Shown here in pieces: positions 52,775 through 61,810 of a stretch of DNA of 64,000 nucleotides (position 1 is the stretch's first letter; every line of letters starts with the position of its first letter). A model generated the notes under the pieces. The model worked only from the letters and a program-made list of their open reading frames with translations. It searched no databases and was not told the origin of the DNA. Made by a program: the position numbers and the translations under genes. Source of the DNA: Klebsormidium nitens (Eukaryota; Plantae; Klebsormidiophyceae); NCBI GenBank assembly GCA_000708835.1, contig DF237399.1, positions 12,177 through 76,176 on the forward strand, in the 5' to 3' direction.

Positions 52775-55457
52775 ATGAACGGGGCCAAGATCAAGCTGGT
52801 GGGGATTGGGGGATCCCTCAGGAAAGCGTCCTGCAATAGCGGCCTCCTCAGAGCAGGTGACATCGTTTCCTTGAAGTTACGGGTTCATACACAATGATGA
52901 GCGAAAACATTTTCCAACTTGTTCAGAAGCCGGTTGATTGAGGTCATTTATCCGTCAGAACTGTGAGTTTGACGGTTTGTGGATCTTTGAGTATTTGACC
53001 TCCAGTTGACACATGATATATGCTTCAAAGGTCAAGAACAACGTCAATGATGTCACCTTCCAGGTGGGAGGTCACATACAAAAGCCTCCTTGGACCGAAT
53101 ACTTACACCCTCAAAACCTGGTGTCAGGCCTCGAGTATGCAAGCACCCTGAGCGACATTGACGCCGTCCGCGCGGACTACAGCAAGGTTCCCCTGTACAA
53201 CGCTGACCTCGAGGTGAAGGAGGGTGACGTCATCAAGTACCCCCCCGAAGTGGAAGACTTCCGAGCCATGGTCGCGTCGGCTGACGCCTTCCTGTTTGCT
53301 TTCCCAGAGTACAACTACTCCATGCCAGGTGCCGCCGTCAAGTCTCACCTTTTCTTCAATGCATCTCAAGTTACTAAAAAGTGTTCAAACTCTGTTTCCA
53401 ATCGTCTCTACATTGGTCTGATTCTCTCTTGAGGTTTTCAAATGTTTGCCAGGTAGGGACCATAAGCTATTGTCATGGGGGTGCCACCACCTTTGCAGAA
53501 GGGGTTTCTTTGTAACCGAAGTTGAGCAGGGGACTCACCGCCTCGTGTCTTGAGATTGCTTCGTGGTCTAACGGACCGACGACAACCAGTCCTTTAGGAA
53601 TGCTTGCAGAAGAATGACTACCTGAGGCTCGTAGAAAGGAGGGCAGATTGGGGCGCTCAATTGTTATTTAGCAATAGCTTTGTTGTCAGTCCCTTAGCAG
53701 GAAGCATGCCCCTTCAATGTCAGCTCCTCGTTCCCAGATCTTTGAAAACGCATCTTAAACCCGCTTACGCCCTCCTTAACTCCACTCAAAAACATACCAG
53801 ACCGCGCTAAACTCGCTCTAAACCCACCATTCCGATGCAGGCGTCTTAAGAACGCGATCGAGTTCCTAACCGCCCTCTGCTTCGGCAACAACCTTTGCAC
53901 ACCTCAAACGTCGGTTTGCCCCGCTCATGTTTGTAACATACTGCGCTGAACCCGCTCTAAACTCGCCCTAAACCCGCTTTAAACCCGCCGTAAACCCACG
54001 ATCCGGATGCAGGCGTCTTGATAAACGCTATCAAGTGGGCGTCCCGTCCGCCCAGCTGCTTCGCGACGGACTTTGCACACCTCAAGCCCAAGTATTAATA
54101 TCGCTCCATACCGCGCTAACCCGGTCTAAACCATATCTGCTCTAACCCGATGCAGGCGTCTTGAAGAACGCCATCGACTGGGCATCCCGCCCGCCCAACT
54201 GCTTCGGCGACCGGCCGGCAGCGATCATTGGGGCCGGGGGGGCCCTTGGAGCAGCGCACTCCGCTTACCACTTCCGCCAGGCGAGTCGTTAAAAGTACTC
54301 AAACTTTTCGCTCAGTCTCTAGTTAGCCACATAAGCTGGCGTCCTTTCCTGCAATCTGCATGGGAGGGCTGTCGGTTGCCAAGTGCGAAACATCGGACCA
54401 ACGACGGGGGCTTCTTGACGGTTGGAGCGCTTCTCAGTCTGTCCACAGGGGGACTCGGTATCAATTCGGCAAGCTTTGACGTGAATCAAATCCACCATCT
54501 GCTTACTCGCAGATGGAAGAGAGGAAAAATAGTAGAGACCTCCAACAAATCACTCGACGTCAGACTTCTAGTAGCTGCCAACTCTCGATACAATGCAAAG
54601 GGATTGGCATGGCGCAGATCTCCTTCCTACAGCTTCCTCTACCCACCAGTCCGACTTTTTTTCTGACATACTTGTTGAGGCCTCTCTAGTATACGGCTCA
54701 CTCCTTCTCGCCTCTTAGCTGCAACGGACGACGACCTTTTTCGCGTACTTTCTTCCAGATTCTGCTTGATCTATTGACAGTGAAAACTTCAGTGGGTTAT
54801 CGAGACCGTTCCTTGAACCGCGTCAAACCCTCGAAATGAACGACATTCTTCCTCAACCAGTCTGACTTCTGGCTATGTTTGATCGACTTTACGTCAACTG
54901 CAATGCTCTTTCTGTACGTCACGTACTCCTGGTTTGTCACAGCTGCGATGATAAGGAAGTGAGGCGACCCAGTTAGAGAAGCTCGACTCCCATCATTCTC
55001 GACACGAATAAGAGGACCGAAAAGGCTAGAGCGTCGATCACGTCAGCGTGGCAGATTGGTCTGCTTTGTGGACCCGGTTCATCCGGTGCTTCTTCGGTGT
55101 GATCAGCGGGTGACCCTGGCCTGTTTGAACCCAGAAGGTTCCTCTACTAGCGGTCAAGGCGAACCGTAACAAAAGCTTGTTAACCAGAAGGTTGGATTTG
55201 CTGTTTTTACGATCTTCTAGAGACTTCCAAACTTTTCTCAAGGTCGAATCCACATCCTTCTATAGTCGGGCGTCTTCCTGGACCTGCACTTCATCAATAA
55301 GCCGGAGCTGTTCGTCCGGATATTCAGCAAGCCCTCGCCGTTCGATGACGACGGGAACCTCATCGACGGCCAAACGATCGTGCGCGTGCACAGGGTGGTG
55401 GACGCGTTGCGGGACTTTACATACCGACTTAAGGGGCTGCCAAAGCCTGAGCAGTGA
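52775..55457 (+). CDS. NQR: NADPH-dependent FMN / quinone reductase, copy 2 (tandem paralog)
   Basis: Exons 52775-52856, 53128-53328, 54156-54280, 55266-55457. Intron positions and internal exon lengths (201, 125, 192) are identical to copy 1. Intron 3 has a GC donor (CAG|gcgagt). Confidence 0.92.
53800..54090 (+). repeat. Two echoes of acceptor plus the 5' part of NQR2 exon 3
   Basis: gatgcag|GCGTCTT..AACGC.ATC near 53835-53890 and 54007-54070 versus the real exon at 54156. The intronic ctaaacccgc motifs and the tttgcacacctcaa tail are also repeated. Confidence 0.88.
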
Positions 55458-56913
55458 GACAGATGCCCGCGGCGTCTGTCCGTCAATCGTTGTATCATAT
55501 GCGTGGCATAATGAGAACTGTAGAAAGCATGATTAGCAATTAGCATTGTTTGTCGAGCTGTTTTGCCGATGCCAGCTAGAGTACAGATTCAATGGTTCGT
55601 AGCAGCGCATGTCAGTGATAGCAGAGCGCTGCTTGGTCGGAGCTGTCGGACAAGCGGACAAGCGCGAAGAGTTTGGCGCGCTGTGTGAGTTCGATCAGTA
55701 GAAGGTGGTCGGCGGGTCAGCGAACGTCGTCCAATGGTGTAGGGTGTCGCGGGCTCTGCTATCATATCTTAGAGATGTACAAGGCTACGTACTGATGCGG
55801 GCATGAATGTAGAACATTGATTGGAGTAAGATCGCAGAGGATTTGGAAGGGGAAGATAGGATGGTCCCTTATAGGTACCATCATTGCCGTATGCTAGACG
55901 CCTGCCAAGTCATTGTACAATGGTCTTGTGGCTATGCTGGCTCATATGATCCTGCGCTTGAAATAAGCTAGCTAGTGGGTTCGAAGCTAGCCGCTGAGCT
56001 GACATCGAGACAAAGCACCAGTTCCGCGCGCTAATAAAGACCTTTGAATTGAACATATCATTTGCGCGTCAGTCCAAGGTCGTCTTGCATACATTTTCAC
56101 CCGCTCCATCACATATATTGCAAGGTCCGACTTAGCCTATAGGATCTTGTGACATGCGTGCATTGATCGTTTATAATTAGCCATGGCATGGATTGCAATG
56201 GCATGATGATACATGGATGTAAATTATCCTATAAAGCCCATACCGAAGCATGGCACTCAAGTGAGTTACCTGGTACACGGTTGGCCACAACCAGCCTAGG
56301 CCCGGTCGAAAAGTAAAAGTTACGAGCTACCGTCGGCGGTAAAATCGAAAATTCGCCGACCGTGGGTACTTTGGCGCGCTGGGTACTTCGATACAGGCTG
56401 AATTTCGAAATCGAATGTACCGCAGACTACGGTCGTTCGATGCAGTCTAAGAATCCGGATAAAAGGACTTAGCCGAATGAAAAACGTCGCGATATTCCCC
56501 GAGCACTCGGAAGTTGTGCCCGGAAGTAGAATCAGACTCGTATTCTAAATCCAAGCATCATATGTTGCATCAGTGAGTGGCTGGATGGTTACGAGAGTAT
56601 ACAGTTAGTTGGATAAAGCATTTGACACAGAGTCGACATACATAATAATATAACAATGTAATGTCTGAAGCTACTTGAACCTAATGCATCTAAGAATCTC
56701 GCGAAGCTTCAGAGAATATATGTGCAGATTGCATTGGTGAATGAAAAGTTAAACATATGAAGGTAAAATCCAGCTTTACATGAGCTTGAATTAATTTATT
56801 ATATAAGTCGCGTCTGTACAATTGATGTGGAATAGGTAAACTATGTATCCTTAACCTAACCTATCAAACTCATCTTTGGTAAAGGTTATACCAGCGCCAG
56901 CTAGCTAATTGGC

Positions 56914-59900
56914 ATGTCAAAAACAAAGATTGATGCAACCCTAACAAAGCGCAATGTCGTCCTTGGCGCCATGGAACCGCCTCTAAGCTGGGGTAGTTTC
57001 AGGTGCCCACGTTCTCGGTTGTCTGCTCTCCTCACACCCGCGCAGAAGGAGGACATCCTGAAAAGGAAGAGACAAGAAGCTGCATTTGCGCAAGATCGTG
57101 GAGAACGTGGTAGATTTGCCGCAGTAAACAAGAAGAGCAGACCAGAACGTCCAGCTGCTGAACGTAAAGTTAGAGAAGTAGAACTTGTTCAGCAGCGCTT
57201 TGATAGTTACGTTGCAGAAACAAAAGCCAAGTTTTCAGCACTCCAAGCTGAACACTCTGAGCAACTAGATCGACTTCAGTCCAAAATCAAGAATCTGAAT
57301 TCCCAAGTGAGATCTGCAGCGATTAAATTGGGATACGCCAAGAGCAAGAAGGCGGCAAGTGTTCAAGTTGCTGGTCTAGTAGGGAGGAGGAAATTGACAG
57401 GTGGAATCAGTAAACCTACCAAGGCAAAACTAGCAAACGTGATAGAAGATCTATTCAGTGTTGTCTTTGCTAACTCTGAAACACGTAGCACAGCTCTCTA
57501 TGAGCACTACCGTAGGCATCCTGCTGATTACCATCTCATCTTAGATTCCGCTGTCGACGATCAAGCCACGTTTCAGAGAAGCTGTGTCCAACACCCTAGT
57601 TGGCTGCAACCCTATCAGAGAGAAGTCATCACAGCTATCGAGGAAGCTTGGACCCTTGATCAGTGCCTTGCTGCTCAGATCCACTGCAAAATTGGGCATT
57701 CTGAAAAATGGCAGTTCCTCATCAACCTTCTGAGCAAAATCTATAACTCCAAATCCAAAACTTGGGAACGTAGAGAAATCCTGTACAAAGGTAGCACAGT
57801 GTTCTTACCTCTTCTCAAGTCCAAAAACGCTGTGAAAGCCCATCGAGCAGCCCTCCATTCCATTATCCCTTTAATCCAAAACGAAGATGGCACCGCTTGC
57901 TGGACTAACCTCCTGCAGCTCATCGTGGAGACCGTGCAACTCGACCGGACCAGCGGGTACCTGAAAAGGAACCAGCAGCTTGTCAGAGATTCGCTCTGGC
58001 TACATTGGGGGGGCGATGCAGCGGGGTGGATTCGGGGGATGTCCCATAGCATCTGGGGCTTTAAACTCCTCGGAAACAACCGGGTGGTCACGCACTCCCC
58101 CAGCAACATGCGCGTGGCCCTAACCTTTGAGGGCAAAGACAAGTACTCCACATACTTGGAGTACCTGCAGCCGTTTCTTGAGCAGATGGACAGCCTGGCA
58201 AACGAGGGGTTGCGGTTAGACGAAACCCATTACACGGTAACCCAAACCCTGGGGGCAGACTACGTCCTGATGGCCGAGCTCCTGGGCCATTCCGGAGCCT
58301 CCTCCCTCACCGGGTGCTGCTTCTGTGAGAAGCATAGAGACAATTACGGGAAGCTGGGTGTGGTGAACGGGAAGAAAGTGCCCCTGCCAGCTAAGCCGCG
58401 CACCACAGAGAGCATGGCCGCTGCGACGCACCGGCCGTGGCGAACCGGACCAGACGTGGAGTGCCCCTACTGCCATGAGAAATTCCCCAATCAGGCAGCC
58501 GTCGACGCCTCGGTCCCCCCCACAACCAAACAGGAGATCAAAAACTTCCAGCAGTCCCACGCCGGAATGCGGTTCGGAACCCCCCCAATCTTCAAGTTCC
58601 CCCTCTCAGCCTACGCAGTCTGCATTCTCCATCTTCTCCTCCGCCTCATGGCGATCACCTTTCAGCAGACTGTGGCCATCAATCTAAACACCCCTGAGAA
58701 AACCGACGCAGCAAACGCCCTCATCAAAGCCCTTCACCTTGGGGTAAAAAAACTGGAGCAGCGGACGACGAGCGGGGAGAAGAAGAAGGACACGCAGGAG
58801 ATCAACTTCATTGGGAGGTAAGTTACTTACTTGAATGCTCGAGCGTGCACTGCTGCATCCAAGCATCCCAAGCTCTCCAAGCTGCACTTTCTGAACACCT
58901 CCGCACCCACGCTCAACAGCTCCGCCTGAACACCTCGGCTTCTTGCTTCCAACACTCCTGATGACGTCCTATATCCTAAGCTCTGTCCTGCATACAATGT
59001 GCAAGTGTCATTGGTTAGTTCAAACCAACTCCTGTTAGTGCTAACTCAAATCCACTTTGCATTCTGCTTTCAGGGAAGCGCGCGTTCTCCTGCATCCAAA
59101 GGCCTACAACGCCTTCCTGGACATTGCCATCGACGACGACACCAAGCGGGCAGAGGCGGCAGTGATCTGGGACAACCTGGCTGCGTTCTACAACGAGCTG
59201 CTGCAGCCACTGCAGAATCCGGAGAACAAAGACGAGCGGCTGGCGAAGGCGAGCGTGGTGCAGGACAAGGGCGTGGCGTTTGTGGACAGCTTCACGGCGC
59301 AAGTGGGGGCTGGCAAGGCGACACTCTACTGCCACCTGGCGGTAGATCACGTACCTGACATGGTCGCCCGCTTCCCCGTCAACTTCTCCGACATGTCACA
59401 GCAGTTCGTGGAGCACAAGCTGAAAGAGGGCAAAACGGACATGCAGTTATTCACCAACCGGCGTTTGGTGGACGAGCGGGTGAAGATGGGGCGCAATCAG
59501 CAGGTGATGGCGAAGGGGAGGGAGCGGCTGAATATCGAGAGGGAAGTCCCTCTGCCGCCCACGAGGAACGAGAGAAGGTACATGGGCAACGGAGAGAAGG
59601 CAGCTGAGCAAGCAATCGAGCGAGCTGAGCGGAGGGGCAGCTGGCAAGCCGGAGCAAAGCTCAGTTGGAGAAGAAGTTGGAGAAGTGGGGGCCGGACATC
59701 GCCCGTGTGTACACGGGGTACAAGGAGATTGTGGAGCAGCTCACCGAGGCGGAAGAGTCCACTGGGGAGGATTCTGTCAGCGCACGCTTGATGGTACTGT
59801 CCGAAAACCGGACGCCAGGAGCTGGGATCGACGGCCCCGTGGGGGAGTCGCAGGGGCCAGCACCAACGGGGGGCGCCGCCGCATCGGCGGCAGCACCAGC

Positions 59901-60084
59901 GGGCGCCGCAGCAGCGAGAGGGGGCGCGGCAGGACCGAGGGGGGGCGCGGCAGGGGCGAGGGGGCCCGCGGTCGCCGCAGCGAGGGGAGGCAGGGGTGGA
60001 GGAAGAACCCGGGGGAGAGGCAGGGGCCGAGGTGGCGAAAGAGCGATTGGCCCGAGGGTGGCGTCGTCTGCAAGACCCATTTGA
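56914..60084 (+). CDS. RAG1-core/Transib-like DDE transposase, with apparent frameshift in the C-terminal tail
   Basis: Exon 1 56914-58817, intron, exon 2 from 59074. Motifs GGD368, GAD449Y, C468xxC471, LH573, H722xxxxH727 (YCHLAVDHVPDMV) and VE748H. The frame stops at 59791 (873 aa). A frame change near the G4 run 59634-37 would extend it to 60084 (about 970 aa, RGG-rich tail). Confidence 0.8.
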
Positions 60085-60260
60085 TAGTTTAGGAGTTGAT
60101 AGTTCAGGAGTTGATTGTAAGCAATTGTAAGCAATTGAACAAGTCCAAGTGCAGAACACAGAACACTTTGCACATGCTTTGCACATGCAGCCTACTCAGA
60201 GCAAAGAAAACTTTGTTGAAGCAAATGTCACCCCCCGTGAATCCTCCAAGTGCATGTGCC

Positions 60261-61518
60261 CTACAAGCCGGTACTGAGTATGTCCGCACTCTGTCGCCTT
60301 CGGGTATTGATGCACTCTTTGGAATGTGACCCTTTAGCTAAACAATGCTCCCCCCTTTTGAAACATCGATTCCTTGTAAACCTTGCAGTTGCCTTGAAGT
60401 TGCCTGGGTCATGCACCTTTTGATTGAACTTTTTGATTGCAATGAAGCAATATTTTGCAAACCAACAGACAAGCAGACAAGCAGACAAGCAGTTCAGAGT
60501 ACAGATGATGCATACCTTCCTCAATGTTTGGCAAAGCGTGCCAACCGTCCTCAAGCCCCCTTCCTGCATGCAACTCAGCAGCTTGCAGACGCCGCCTCTC
60601 ATCTTGTGGCCTTGCCCCCGGACGCGGCAGCACAATGTGCTCGTCTCGCATGCTGCGCTCTGAACGTGCACTGATGAAAGATTCATCAGTGTCGTACTCG
60701 GCTCTCAAAATGGCCTCAGAAGCAGCCACCATTTCAGCACTGACTGCCAGCCCCACATCCAGCATGTTCACAACCTCATCTCTGATCCACTTTTCTATGA
60801 AGTCCCACCCTTGCGGAGGCTCTATCGTGCCTTCTGCCTTCGTGATCACCCCTGCCACGGTCATCTGAACCCAGCCGTAAAGGAAGTGCACCCGAGAACC
60901 TGATGCTTTGATGCTGGTGTGCGTGACTTCCATGGGCGGCACTATAACCACCACTTCACCTGTAGGCAGAATCTTAAAACAGCCATAGCCTCGCTTCTCG
61001 TTCACCAAAGAGAAACTGCAAAACTCTAAAACCCCTCTGCTTGTCTCCAGAATCCTCTGATGGGTCTCGACTGTCGCAGTTCTGACTGCCGCCTCTTCCC
61101 ATTCTGCTTCAAACACCGCTTCAAACGCAGGCAAAGGGACACAAGGCTGAGTGGTCCAAAGCACCCCCGAATGAGCTGTCGGCGTCAGACGCCAGAAAAT
61201 CTTTCTCCGCCAAAAGGAAGCAATCTCCCTGGCATCATACAAGCAAGCAAACTTGCTAGGGCCAGCCTGTGACAAATGGAAGCCTGCATACTGCTCCAGA
61301 CACTGGGGGCATTCTTTCAACCCTCCCTCTAGTCTTTCCCCATCTGCCGGACAGAACTTGAAGTCCTTGCCGTGCACTTCCAACTGCTTCTCTGCAACAT
61401 ACAGACCCATGCGTTGATCAGCAAATGCCTTTGCCTCTGCTTTGCTTTTCTTGGGCCGACGCTTGTGGTCGTCAGCCCACGAGGGCTCCTTTCGTCTGCG
61501 CCTTTCTCCGCCTGCCAT
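60261..61518 (-). CDS. Transposon-encoded accessory protein of unknown function (about 381 aa if spliced)
   Basis: Long ORF 61518-60409 with a basic NLS-like N-terminus and a CPAD...CPQC motif. A probable donor (G|gtatgc, exon end 60516) and acceptor (cag|, exon start 60403) give a phase-compatible Cys/His-containing last exon to TAG 60261. Upstream exons are possible. Confidence 0.65.
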
Positions 61519-61729
61519 GCTGTCAGAGCAGAGAATCTACCTGCAGATGAGAGCAACTTGTCAGGAACCAGATTAGAGCAATTGCCCACAAAAGAAATTG
61601 CCCACATGCAAGCACATCACCAGCATCAAAGCCGTAAAACTACGCAAACCTTTCATAGTTGTTCAGCACAGCAACCATTGCTCAACTACAAGCAAGCAAG
61701 CGCCAGCAAACAACACAAGCAAGCGGATC

Positions 61730-61810
61730 AGCCAGCACAAGTGCAACCAGCAAGCATCTGGCAAAGCATCTGGCATCTGGCATCTGGCAAAATTGGCATC
61801 TGGCAAAATG
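61730..61810. repeat. Short degenerate tandem repeat (gcatctg)n inside the transposon
   Basis: gcatctggcaaagcatctggcatctggcatctggcaaaattggcatctggc. Confidence 0.7.

Noticed and set aside
59447-60186. Several overlapping ORFs on both strands (170-229 aa)
   Set aside because: These are shadow ORFs of the very GC-rich, low-complexity transposase tail.
60261-61518. Calling the convergent transposon ORF RAG2-like
   Set aside because: No kelch GG/W repeats or PHD Cys pattern are visible. Only its position is analogous.
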